Assembly: GCA_030765785.1 (NCBI GenBank)
Contig: JAVCCC010000028.1
Span: forward strand, 2,826 to 66,825
Direction: 5' to 3'
DNA from: Candidatus Aceula lacicola
Lineage (GTDB): Bacteria; Omnitrophota; Gorgyraeia; Zapsychrales; Aceulaceae
Length of the DNA: 64,000 bases
Shown: positions 52,734 to 61,784 of the stretch, in pieces
How the letters are laid out: every line of letters starts with the position of its first letter
Position numbering within the stretch: the stretch's first letter is position 1
The notes under the pieces: generated by a model
What the model was told of the DNA's origin: nothing
What the model saw: the letters and a program-made list of their open reading frames with translations, nothing else
Database searches by the model: none
Translations under genes and position numbers: made by a program

Positions 52734-52768
52734 CCCCAACACGTTTCACGTGTGGGGTAAATTCGCAC
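52734..52768. repeat. REP-like bulged hairpin plus TAAATTCGCAC flank
   Basis: 52736-52757 is the reverse complement of 28999-29020 at 21/22 nt; 52758-52768 is the exact reverse complement of 28935-28945. Confidence 0.65.
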
Positions 52769-52806
52769 AGCACCTTGCATTCACTTTATTCCGCAAGACT
52801 GCGTAC

Positions 52807-53283
52807 TTATTTAAAAACTTTCGGCACCCACAATCCTACATAATAAGTCACAATAATAACAAGAATCGCAATCACCAAATGCTCTGCAATAGCCTTTGCA
52901 GGATTTGCTTTATCTTTCTTCGCAATATAATAACTAAACAATCCTAAAACAAGCAATCCCCATCCAATACTTACAAAAATCGCTGTTAACGTCTCAAGAA
53001 AAATAATAGGCAGAACAAAAATCATAGAAAAGAAAAACTTAACTACAAAAGTCGATATTGTCGCTTCCCAAATTTCTCTTGCGCTATGAACGCCTTCCGC
53101 CTCTTCAGAAAGATGAATTCCAAGAGCATCTGAAAATGCATCAGCAATCGCAATTGTTAAAATCCCACCAACAACAACCATCTTAGACCCTGTTCCCGAA
53201 TAAAGACCAACAATTAACCCCAAAGTCGTGATAATTCCTGAACTAAGCCCGAAACTAAAACCTTTTTGAATGGAATGATTCAT
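52807..53283 (-). CDS. VIT1/CCC1 family membrane protein
   Basis: FGLSSGIITTLGLIVG, AIADAFSDALGIHLSEE. Confidence 0.8.
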   Translation of the reverse strand: MNHSIQKGFSFGLSSGIITTLGLIVGLYSGTGSKMVVVGGILTIAIADAFSDALGIHLSEEAEGVHSAREIWEATISTFVVKFFFSMIFVLPIIFLETLTAIFVSIGWGLLVLGLFSYYIAKKDKANPAKAIAEHLVIAILVIIVTYYVGLWVPKVFK

Positions 53284-53303
53284 TTCTTTTTTTCTTTTTT
53301 TCT

Positions 53304-53834
53304 TTATTTTCTATCAAAAAATGGATTCTTTGATGTTGCGCTTAATGGAATTGCATAGGCAATCTTAACGTCTTTTCCAAGAATTCCCATTTCAAGAGCT
53401 GCCTGTCCGACACTATACATAATACGATTATCAATACGATGATCCATAGCTACGCTAACTGCAGAACCAATTGCAATACCTAGGTCTCCTATATTAAAAA
53501 CGCATGGAATATTCTTATGCTCATCTTTTTGTGCGCAATCTTTAAAACCACACATGCCACACTTCTTTAAACCCATCGGCTTAATCGTTGTGCCAGCTAA
53601 GATCATAATAGAAGAATTTAAAATATTTTGCGCGTCTCTTAAAAATCCAGGAGCATCATATTTTTCGCCCATTTCATTTATTTTTTTAGAAAGAATTTCA
53701 ATGTCTTTACGCTCTGCAATCTTAAAAACAAAAGTATCCGCCCCTTTTCCCTTAGGAGCCGTACGTGCAGCTATGATCATTTTTTGTGCGACATCTTTAA
53801 GTGATTGTTCTTTTATTTCATTTTCTTCAATCAT
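53304..53834 (-). CDS. ferredoxin domain-containing protein (DUF2148-like)
   Basis: AARTAPKGKG, CGMCGFKDC...C, DLGIAIGSA, DNRIMYSVG, KNPFFDR. Confidence 0.82.
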   Translation of the reverse strand: MIEENEIKEQSLKDVAQKMIIAARTAPKGKGADTFVFKIAERKDIEILSKKINEMGEKYDAPGFLRDAQNILNSSIMILAGTTIKPMGLKKCGMCGFKDCAQKDEHKNIPCVFNIGDLGIAIGSAVSVAMDHRIDNRIMYSVGQAALEMGILGKDVKIAYAIPLSATSKNPFFDRK

Positions 53835-54050
53835 GCACCCTCCCCTTTAAGAAATAACATCTTTATGCTATCACAAAGAAAAGCTGTTTTCTATAGACAA
53901 GCACGCAATCTTACAAATTTATCTGCTAACAAACAAATGCAATATTCATAAATTACTGAGCAAATTTACCCAAAAAACACAAACAATACAAAATTTTCTT
54001 CTATTTTCCTCTTGGTCTTTTTGCATTCAAAGTGTACAATAAAAACCGTT

Positions 54051-55178
54051 ATGGACAAAACAAATATTACAATTATTGGAGCTGGAATTTGCGGTCTTGC
54101 CACAAGCTTCATCTTATCGCAAAAATATAAAGATATCTTTGTCGTTGAACAACGCGATTCTTTTGGACGCGAAACATCTTCTCGTAATTCTGAGGTTATC
54201 CACGCCGGAATTTACTATCCAAAAAATTCTCTCAAAGCAAATCTGTGTATTAAAGGAAAAACACTACTTTATGATTTATGCAAAAAACATAATATCCCTC
54301 ACCAACAACTTGGAAAAATCCTGGTCGCTTGTGATAACGCAGAAGAGAAAACAATTGAAGGCATTCAAAGAAATGCAGCTGAAAATGGCGTCAACAATCT
54401 TCGTTTTCTCAAAAAAGGTGAACTTGACACTTTAGAGCCAGATATAAAAGCACAAAAGGCACTCCTATGTCCCGACACGGGTATCGTTGACTCACATAAG
54501 CTTATGCACTTTTTTTCTGAAAAATCTAAAAACAACAACGTTGAATTTGCTTATAGCATAAAAGTTATCAACATCACAAAAAAAGACTCTGAATACGAAA
54601 TTACCGTCAAAGAGCCATCTGGTGAACTTTTTTCTTTTAAAACAAATATTATTATTAACGCTGGTGGATTCTATGCCGATGAAATTGCTTCAATGGCAGG
54701 CATTGATATTGAAAAAAATAAATACAAAATTCATTACAGCAAAGGTCAATATTTTCGCATTAGCCATCCTAAAAAATTTAAAATTAATCATCTCATCTAT
54801 CCACCGCCAAGCACTACCGATTTAGGCATTCATATCACTCCAGACTTAGCTGGAGGGCTTCGCCTTGGACCAGATGCAGCCTTTGTTGATACGATTGATT
54901 ATGCCATCAACGAACAAGATAAAGAAAAATTCGCAACGTCTGTTTCTCGATTTCTTAAAGACCTATCAATCGATGATCTCGTACCCGATACATGTGGCAT
55001 TCGAGCAAAGCTCCAAGCACCAACAGAAAACTTTAGAGATTTTGTTGTCACTCATGAAAAAGACAAAGGACTTGAAGGTTTTATTAATTTACTCGGAATT
55101 GAATCGCCAGGCCTAACGTCTTGCCTAGCCATTGCTGAAATGATAAAAGACCTTTTACAGCCTTTCGATAATCATTGA
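54051..55178 (+). CDS. FAD-dependent oxidoreductase, L-2-hydroxyglutarate oxidase-like
   Basis: IIGAGICG, ETSSRNSEVIHAGIYY, GIESPGLTS; start at the ATG at 54051. Confidence 0.88.
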   Translation: MDKTNITIIGAGICGLATSFILSQKYKDIFVVEQRDSFGRETSSRNSEVIHAGIYYPKNSLKANLCIKGKTLLYDLCKKHNIPHQQLGKILVACDNAEEKTIEGIQRNAAENGVNNLRFLKKGELDTLEPDIKAQKALLCPDTGIVDSHKLMHFFSEKSKNNNVEFAYSIKVINITKKDSEYEITVKEPSGELFSFKTNIIINAGGFYADEIASMAGIDIEKNKYKIHYSKGQYFRISHPKKFKINHLIYPPPSTTDLGIHITPDLAGGLRLGPDAAFVDTIDYAINEQDKEKFATSVSRFLKDLSIDDLVPDTCGIRAKLQAPTENFRDFVVTHEKDKGLEGFINLLGIESPGLTSCLAIAEMIKDLLQPFDNH

Positions 55179-56318
55179 AACTCCACCGCCACCACCAAAA
55201 CAAATACTCATTAATCCAATCTTTTTATTTTGATCTTCTAAAGCATACAAAAGGGTTGTAAGAATTCTTGTCGCTGTTGAGCCTAAGGGATGTCCTAACG
55301 CAATATCTCCACCAAAAATATTAAATTTTGCATCTTCAATGTTCAATCTTTCTTTTGTCAAAACAGCTTGCGATGCAAACGACTCTCCAATTTCAAAAAG
55401 ATCGATATCATTTCTTTTCAAATTACATTTCTCAAGACATTTCTCTGCTGCTTTAATAGCGCCTAAAAAAGAATCTTTAGGATCAATAGCAACAGATGAA
55501 TAGCCTAAGATCTTCGCTTTAGGTTTAAGCTCGTATTTCTTCATAGCTTGTTCGTCTGCCAATAAAATAATCGCTGCAGCATCTGCAGCGGATGATGCAT
55601 TGCCAGGCGTAACAGTTCCATCCTCTTTAAAAGAACTCGGAAGTCTCTGCATCTTTTCTAAACTAATATTCTTTCTTGCACGCTCATCTTTTGAAAAAAT
55701 TTCACCATTTTCTTTTTTAATACCAACAATTTCTTGATCAAACTTTCCTTGAAGCTGTGCCTGCAATGCTTTTTGATGACTTTCAAAAGCAAGCTTATCT
55801 TGTGCTTCTCGTGAAATGTTAAATTCTTTAGCTAAATTTTCCGCCAACTCTCCCATATGAGAATCTGCCATCACACACCAAAGCCCATCAGAAAGAAGAC
55901 TCTCTATCGGCTCTTGTTCTCTTTTAATAATTTGAGGATTATGCGTTGCGCTCTCTGCTCCTCCAGCTAAAACCAAATTAGCTTCGCCGCTTAATATAGC
56001 TTGAACTCCAACAATAACAGACTGAAGACCAGAACCACAAACACTGTTAATTGTAAAAGCGGGAATATTGATATTCAAATCAGATAAAAAAACAGCATGA
56101 CGAGCCATATTTTGACCTGTTCCAGCTGAAACCGCATGCCCTAAAACAACTTGATCAATACCTTTCTTAATTTTAGGATAGCGCCTGCAAATTTCATCAA
56201 TGACAAATCCAGCAAGCTGTGCAGCCGAAAAAGTTTTTAGACTTTTATGCGTACTACCAATAGGGGTGCGCACACCGTCAACAATATAAATAAAATTTAA
56301 AATTTGATTGGAAGCCAT
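55155..56318 (-). CDS. thiolase (acetyl-CoA C-acyltransferase family), atypical
   Basis: RTPIG, NSVCGSGL, GHPLG, CFGGGGG; NEAF motif replaced by GESF. Confidence 0.88.
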   Translation of the reverse strand: MASNQILNFIYIVDGVRTPIGSTHKSLKTFSAAQLAGFVIDEICRRYPKIKKGIDQVVLGHAVSAGTGQNMARHAVFLSDLNINIPAFTINSVCGSGLQSVIVGVQAILSGEANLVLAGGAESATHNPQIIKREQEPIESLLSDGLWCVMADSHMGELAENLAKEFNISREAQDKLAFESHQKALQAQLQGKFDQEIVGIKKENGEIFSKDERARKNISLEKMQRLPSSFKEDGTVTPGNASSAADAAAIILLADEQAMKKYELKPKAKILGYSSVAIDPKDSFLGAIKAAEKCLEKCNLKRNDIDLFEIGESFASQAVLTKERLNIEDAKFNIFGGDIALGHPLGSTATRILTTLLYALEDQNKKIGLMSICFGGGGGVSMIIERL

Positions 56319-58735
56319 TTGGTTAGAGAAACAACCGTAGTTTCGTCTGGGGTTAGTTTATATCTTTTATTATTAATAACAATAAAGATTTCCGCTGGAC
56401 CCTGCAAAGAAATCCGTTTTAAAAGTTCCGACTTAACAGTAATTTCTTCTCTTGTAATTTTAATATTAAGCCAAATATCCCGATAACGAACAGAAAACTT
56501 CATCTTTTTCCATTTTTCTGGAAGCTTAGGATTAAGAGAAATTTGGGTATCTTGAACACTCAATCCAGCGAAACATCGCATTACCAAATCAATCGTACCT
56601 GCCATAACACCACAATGAATACCTTCCTGCGTTGTACCGCCCTGACTATCATAGATGTCACTCTTAAGAGCATCTTGAAAATGCTCCATAGCTAACTCTT
56701 CATAGTCAACACGTTCGGCTAAATACGCATGAACAACACGGCTTAACGTTGAGCCATGAGACGTACGTTTAACATAATAATCATAATTCTTTCGAAAAAT
56801 ATCTTTTGAAATAGGATATCCCAACTTCTTAAAAATTGCTCGAACTTCTTCATCATTAAGAAGATAAAACGTCATTAAAGTATCCGCTTGCTTCGCTACT
56901 TTATAATTATCAGGAGAAGATCCTTCCGCCTTTAAAATCCGATCAATACGATGAATATTATCATATTTTTCACGATACTCATCCCAATCCAATTCCTTAA
57001 GATCCATGTACCCTTCAAACTGATGAATAATCCCATCTTTCCCCATCGGGATAGTCATTTTCGTCGTAATATCTCGCCACCGCTCTACTTCCTCAGCAGA
57101 AACTTCAATTTTTAAAAGAAGGGCTTGTCTATCCTCTTCACTCATTGAATCAAGCAAAAATAATGCTTTTTCTAAAATCCAAACAACTAAAATATTTGTA
57201 TATGCATTATTCTTAACTCCTGGTTTTTCTGAACCTGGAAGTTTCTCGTGAAATTCATCCGGCCCCATAACACCTTCAATACAATATCTTTTTGTTGATT
57301 CATCAAAGGTTGTAATGCTAGACCAAAAATGAGAAATTTCTAAAATCATTTCAGCCCCATAACGAGCAAGAAAATCACTATCTCCAGAAGTGTAATAATA
57401 TGTCCACACATTATAAGCAATAGCAATCGAAACATGTCTTTGTAGACAACTGTTATCTGGTCCCCATTTTCCAGATAACGGATTCAAATGAACAACCTGT
57501 GTTGTCTCATTTCCAGAAGAAGCGCTTTGCCATGGATACATAGCTCCTTTATATCCATTTTCTCTAGCATATTCCTTTGCGGCCGATAGTCGACGATATC
57601 GATACATTAAAAGTGCCCGCGTAATTTCTGGAGCCTTTAAATTGTAAAAAGGATAGACGTATAATTCATCCCAAAAAATATGTCCACGATACGCCTCTCC
57701 ATGAAGCCCTCTCGCCGGAAGACCAGCATCAATTTCTTCATTATAAGTCGAAGCAACTTGAAGTGAATGAAATGTATGTAATCGCAATGCCAACTGACTA
57801 AAATCATCACCCTCAATCTCGATATCAAACTTTTTCCATAAAGCACGCCATTTGGCAACATGTGGCTTATAAAGACTATCAAAATTCTCTATTTTTGAAA
57901 CAGCCTCTTGTGCCATTGCACAGCTATCCACAACACCATGATCTCGAGATGTGTACAAGCTCATGACTTTGTCGATGGTATATCTTTTCCCTTTTTCAAC
58001 ATCAATAATAAATTCTTTAACTGCACGCTCACGTCCATGAGTTAAAACATTCATTTTAGGATTAATTTTCTCACCCTCACAAAAAACAACTGTTCGTACC
58101 GCCTCAGTAATTTCAATCTTAGATTGATTTGTCTGCATCTGCAAAAAAATACCGTCCTGCCCAAAACACCCTAAAGATTTCGGCTCTAGATGTTTTGAAT
58201 TAAGCTGCTTATATCTTTCAACTCCAGCATTAATAATTTGCCCATCGATCCCGCTTCGAATTGTTATTTTGCCACTATAATTTTCAGGAGTAATTGTACA
58301 TCTAAGAGCTGCATAATGAGGATTAGCCATACTAACGAGACGATAGTTGTCCATCGTCGTGATTCGTCCTTTTTCATCTTGCCAACGTACGCGTCGAGAC
58401 AAAACCCCTTTACGCATATTTAAAGTCATTTTCCACGAAAGAATTTTTACTTTTAAACGATCAAACCAAGGACCATTCTCAATGCGAATATTAAGCATCA
58501 ACCAATTAGGACAATTTACAAAATCTTCATTAGCAACTTTTTTTCCCGAAACATCCGTTATAAGCTCATTATAGACGCCTGCAATATACGTACCTGGATA
58601 ATGCACTTTTGTTGCTGAGGTTTCCGGAGCAGCACCACGCGTTCCAAAATAACCATTTCCAAGAGTACAAAGGGCTTCTCTTAGATTTTCTTCTTCTGGA
58701 ACAAACTTATCGTATATTAATTTCCACGTATTCAT
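56297..58735 (-). CDS. GH65 glycoside phosphorylase (trehalose-6-phosphate phosphorylase-like)
   Basis: LGNGYFGTRG, ARGLHGEAYRGHIFWDE, GPDEFHE, KQAD, HGSTLS. Confidence 0.92.
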   Translation of the reverse strand: MNTWKLIYDKFVPEEENLREALCTLGNGYFGTRGAAPETSATKVHYPGTYIAGVYNELITDVSGKKVANEDFVNCPNWLMLNIRIENGPWFDRLKVKILSWKMTLNMRKGVLSRRVRWQDEKGRITTMDNYRLVSMANPHYAALRCTITPENYSGKITIRSGIDGQIINAGVERYKQLNSKHLEPKSLGCFGQDGIFLQMQTNQSKIEITEAVRTVVFCEGEKINPKMNVLTHGRERAVKEFIIDVEKGKRYTIDKVMSLYTSRDHGVVDSCAMAQEAVSKIENFDSLYKPHVAKWRALWKKFDIEIEGDDFSQLALRLHTFHSLQVASTYNEEIDAGLPARGLHGEAYRGHIFWDELYVYPFYNLKAPEITRALLMYRYRRLSAAKEYARENGYKGAMYPWQSASSGNETTQVVHLNPLSGKWGPDNSCLQRHVSIAIAYNVWTYYYTSGDSDFLARYGAEMILEISHFWSSITTFDESTKRYCIEGVMGPDEFHEKLPGSEKPGVKNNAYTNILVVWILEKALFLLDSMSEEDRQALLLKIEVSAEEVERWRDITTKMTIPMGKDGIIHQFEGYMDLKELDWDEYREKYDNIHRIDRILKAEGSSPDNYKVAKQADTLMTFYLLNDEEVRAIFKKLGYPISKDIFRKNYDYYVKRTSHGSTLSRVVHAYLAERVDYEELAMEHFQDALKSDIYDSQGGTTQEGIHCGVMAGTIDLVMRCFAGLSVQDTQISLNPKLPEKWKKMKFSVRYRDIWLNIKITREEITVKSELLKRISLQGPAEIFIVINNKRYKLTPDETTVVSLTKWLPIKF

Positions 58736-58741
58736 AAATAA

Positions 58742-59518
58742 TTAAGTAATTTGAATAAATGTTTCTAAAACTTCCTTAACGTCTTGTGGATTCTTGACAA
58801 TATACTCAGCTTCAGTTTCTCTTTCAGCCGTAGCAACCAAAATCCCAAAACCTTTTTCCTTTAATGCTCTAAACGCATCTTCGTCCGTTGTATCATCCCC
58901 CAAATAAACAGGTAAAATATCTTTCTGTTCTTTTTCAAAAATACTAAGAATCCAATCAACAGCTTTTCCTTTATGCCAATCTATTTTAGGGCGAATTTCA
59001 AAAACTTTTTTACCACTTGTTTTTCGAAGCTGCGGATATTGACTTAAAACACCATCAACCTCTTGCTCAAACTTTGGAAAATCTTCATCAGAAACCAAAC
59101 GATAATGCGCCGAAACCGTATACTTAACATTTTCAATTAAGGCACCCTTGATATCTTTTACTTTTTCGGCTAATTTCTGCTGAACTTCATCAATCACCGG
59201 CCGTATGGCCTGAGCCTCTTCATTAATTTTAACTTCTCCCAAAGGATCATTAATTTCAAATCCATGACTTCCTGCATAAAAAATACCGTCAATTTTAACC
59301 TTAGATCTAACATCATCTGTCGCACGCCCAGAAACAATCGCAACCTTAATCTTTTTGGATAATTTCTCAACAACTAAACGCATATCATCAGAAATAATGG
59401 CCAAATCTGGCGTTGCCACAATAGGGGTAAGCGTTCCATCATAATCTAAAAAAACAACTAACGTTTTTCCATGTAATCGAGCCTTAATCTCATCTAAACT
59501 TTCAAAAAACTTTCTCAT
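58742..59518 (-). CDS. otsB: trehalose-6-phosphate phosphatase
   Basis: FLDYDGTL, IVSGR, AGSHG, EIRP..WHKG, GDDTTDEDAF. Confidence 0.93.
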   Translation of the reverse strand: MRKFFESLDEIKARLHGKTLVVFLDYDGTLTPIVATPDLAIISDDMRLVVEKLSKKIKVAIVSGRATDDVRSKVKIDGIFYAGSHGFEINDPLGEVKINEEAQAIRPVIDEVQQKLAEKVKDIKGALIENVKYTVSAHYRLVSDEDFPKFEQEVDGVLSQYPQLRKTSGKKVFEIRPKIDWHKGKAVDWILSIFEKEQKDILPVYLGDDTTDEDAFRALKEKGFGILVATAERETEAEYIVKNPQDVKEVLETFIQIT

Positions 59519-60276
59519 TTCTTTATCTCCTCAAGCCATTCTTCAATTTTTTGAGCATTAACACCTTCAAAATGATTAACAACAATATCCGCTCCATTAT
59601 TTTTCAAATCATCATCGTTGCCTTCACGAGCTACTCCTAAAACTAATGCAAAGCCCCCATTCTTTCCTGCCTGAACACCTGAAACTGCATCTTCAACCAC
59701 AACAGCCCTATCTGGCGTGCATCCAACATTCTCACAAGCTGTCACAAAAATATCACCTTCAGGTTTTCCTTTTAACCCCATTTCAGCTGAAACAACGCCA
59801 TCTACACGTGTTTCAAAAAGATCCTCTAATCCTGTTTTTTGCAAAATAAGCTGACAATTTTTACTTGAAGAAGCAACCCCTATATGAATACCATTAGCCT
59901 TTAGATCTTTCATTAAAGCCACAGCCGGATCAAAAACTTCAGCTCCCTTTTCCTCTAAAATACTTTTAAACTTAACATTTTTCTTATTTCCAAGACCACA
60001 GGCAGTTTCTTCCCCTGGAACATCAGTCGGATCTCCAAATGGAATATTAATCCCTCGGGATTCTAAGAAGCTCTCAACGCCTTTATAGCGAGGTTTGCCA
60101 TCAACAAAAGGAAGATAATCTTTTTCGTGAGTAAATTCTTTAAAAAGCTCCTTGTCTCTTTGTTCTCTAAGCTTAAGATACTCATCAAACATTTGTTTCC
60201 AAGAAGCGGCATGAACTAAAGCTGTTTTTGTGATAACACCATCTAAATCAAAAATAACCGCATCGTAATTCTTCAT
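59515..60276 (-). CDS. beta-phosphoglucomutase-like HAD hydrolase
   Basis: FDLDGVITKTALVH, DGKPRYKG, SSSKN, GKPEGD, VEDAVSG. Confidence 0.88.
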   Translation of the reverse strand: MKNYDAVIFDLDGVITKTALVHAASWKQMFDEYLKLREQRDKELFKEFTHEKDYLPFVDGKPRYKGVESFLESRGINIPFGDPTDVPGEETACGLGNKKNVKFKSILEEKGAEVFDPAVALMKDLKANGIHIGVASSSKNCQLILQKTGLEDLFETRVDGVVSAEMGLKGKPEGDIFVTACENVGCTPDRAVVVEDAVSGVQAGKNGGFALVLGVAREGNDDDLKNNGADIVVNHFEGVNAQKIEEWLEEIKK

Positions 60277-60353
60277 TTCACGCTCTCTCTTTCTAAACCT
60301 TTATTTTTCTAACACTTAGGACTGTACTGCAGTAAATGCATTTTGTATTAGAT

Positions 60354-60382
60354 ATTATAAGCGATAAATCAGATATTGGCAA
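60354..60382 (-). promoter_or_regulatory. sigma70-type promoter of the trehalose module
   Basis: TTGCCA-17 nt-TATAAT. Confidence 0.65.
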
Positions 60383-60411
60383 GCAATTCTCAGAAAGACA
60401 AGCTCTTGTGA

Positions 60412-60960
60412 TCAATATTCTGCCGTCATAACGTAATCAACAAAAACAGCCAGAGTTTGAGGTCCTATTTTTCCATCTGGAGTAAGCCCTCTTAATTCTT
60501 GAAGCTTTCTGATCGCCTCAACTGTTTTTGGACCTAATTTTCCATCTATTTTCCCAGGATTAAACCCTTCTTTCACTAGAATTTCCTGAATAAAAGCCAC
60601 ATCAACTTCTCCATCAGAAACAAGACCTAAATTTGAAAAAGAATTCAATTCTTTCCAGGTTGCCTGATCCACATATCGGCTAACCTTGAGCCCCTGATCC
60701 TCTTGAAATCTTGCAATTGCCTCTCGAACCTTTGATCCCATTTTTCCATCTATTTTCCCACAAGAATATCCGTTGACCTTTAAAAGCTTCTGAGTTTGCT
60801 CAACTTTTTCATTAGGCATAAAAGGAATAATTTCCCCTATCAAAATCTTTTCTTCAGCCGCTTCTTTTTGAATAATGCCATAAATAAAATCACATCCCAA
60901 GAAATTTTGGATACAGATAAATAAAACTAGTAAAAATATTATTTTTTTCTTTAATCCCAT
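60412..60960 (-). CDS. putative lipoprotein with two peptidoglycan-binding (PG_binding_1) domains
   Basis: FLGC lipobox; two GKIDGKxG..T/V.EAI..FQ/LQ repeats. Confidence 0.82.
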   Translation of the reverse strand: MGLKKKIIFLLVLFICIQNFLGCDFIYGIIQKEAAEEKILIGEIIPFMPNEKVEQTQKLLKVNGYSCGKIDGKMGSKVREAIARFQEDQGLKVSRYVDQATWKELNSFSNLGLVSDGEVDVAFIQEILVKEGFNPGKIDGKLGPKTVEAIRKLQELRGLTPDGKIGPQTLAVFVDYVMTAEY

Positions 60961-60972
60961 TCTAGAAACAAA

Positions 60973-61001
60973 CGGCTCCTATCTTTATAGAACAGGAGCC
61001 G
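60973..61001. terminator. hairpin downstream of the receiver genes
   Basis: CGGCTCCT...AGGAGCCG stem followed on the minus strand by TTTGTTT. Confidence 0.55.
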
Positions 61002-61023
61002 ACCTTATTAAATTTTATATTTT

Positions 61024-61383
61024 CTACAGAGTTAATTTTTCAATAGACTCTAAAAGATATTTAAAATCCACGGTCTTAACCGTAAAATCATCTGCTCCAG
61101 ATTCCCTAGCCCTCCGAGCATCTACAGCCTCGAGCTTTCCTGTATAAATAATAATTTTTACCTCATCATTATCATTTTTAATTTTTCGACACACATCAAA
61201 ACCGTTTTCATCTGGAAGCATGACATCTAAAATAATAACACATGGATTTTCTTGCTTTAAAATCTCTAAGCCCTCTTTTGCCGTTGAGGCAACAAATGTC
61301 TTGTACCCAACAGCCTCAAGATTTGCTTTTAATATTTTTTGGATGTCCAACTCATCTTCAATAACCAAAACTTTCTTTTCCAT
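61024..61383 (-). CDS. single-domain response regulator
   Basis: VIEDE, LDVMLP, YTG, conserved K. Confidence 0.9.
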   Translation of the reverse strand: MEKKVLVIEDELDIQKILKANLEAVGYKTFVASTAKEGLEILKQENPCVIILDVMLPDENGFDVCRKIKNDNDEVKIIIYTGKLEAVDARRARESGADDFTVKTVDFKYLLESIEKLTL

Positions 61384-61392
61384 GTTTCTCTC

Positions 61393-61761
61393 CTAGTCTA
61401 ATAATTTCTTTATTTTCTCCAACAGCTCTTCATAATCAAACGGCTTAAACATATAATCCTGCGCTCCAGCCTCTGCAGCTCTTTCTTTAAAACCTTCTGA
61501 TGCTGTCGATGCCGTTAAAAACATAACAGGGATACTCTTAAAATTGTCATCTGCTTTAATTCTTTTACACACTTCAATTCCATTAAGCAAAGGAAGCGTA
61601 ATATCCAAAAGAACGATATCTGGACGCTCATCTGCAATCATATCCAATGCCATTTGCCCATTAATCGCCGTCCTAACATCATATCCTTCTTTTTTAAGAC
61701 GAAAGATGACAACCTTTAAAATATCCGGCTCATCATCTACAGCCAAAATCTTTTTAGACAC
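61393..61761 (-). CDS. single-domain response regulator
   Basis: AVDDE, LDITLP, LTA, FKPF; GTG start. Confidence 0.92.
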   Translation of the reverse strand: MSKKILAVDDEPDILKVVIFRLKKEGYDVRTAINGQMALDMIADERPDIVLLDITLPLLNGIEVCKRIKADDNFKSIPVMFLTASTASEGFKERAAEAGAQDYMFKPFDYEELLEKIKKLLD

Positions 61762-61784
61762 GGCACCCTCCTGTTTATCAAACT

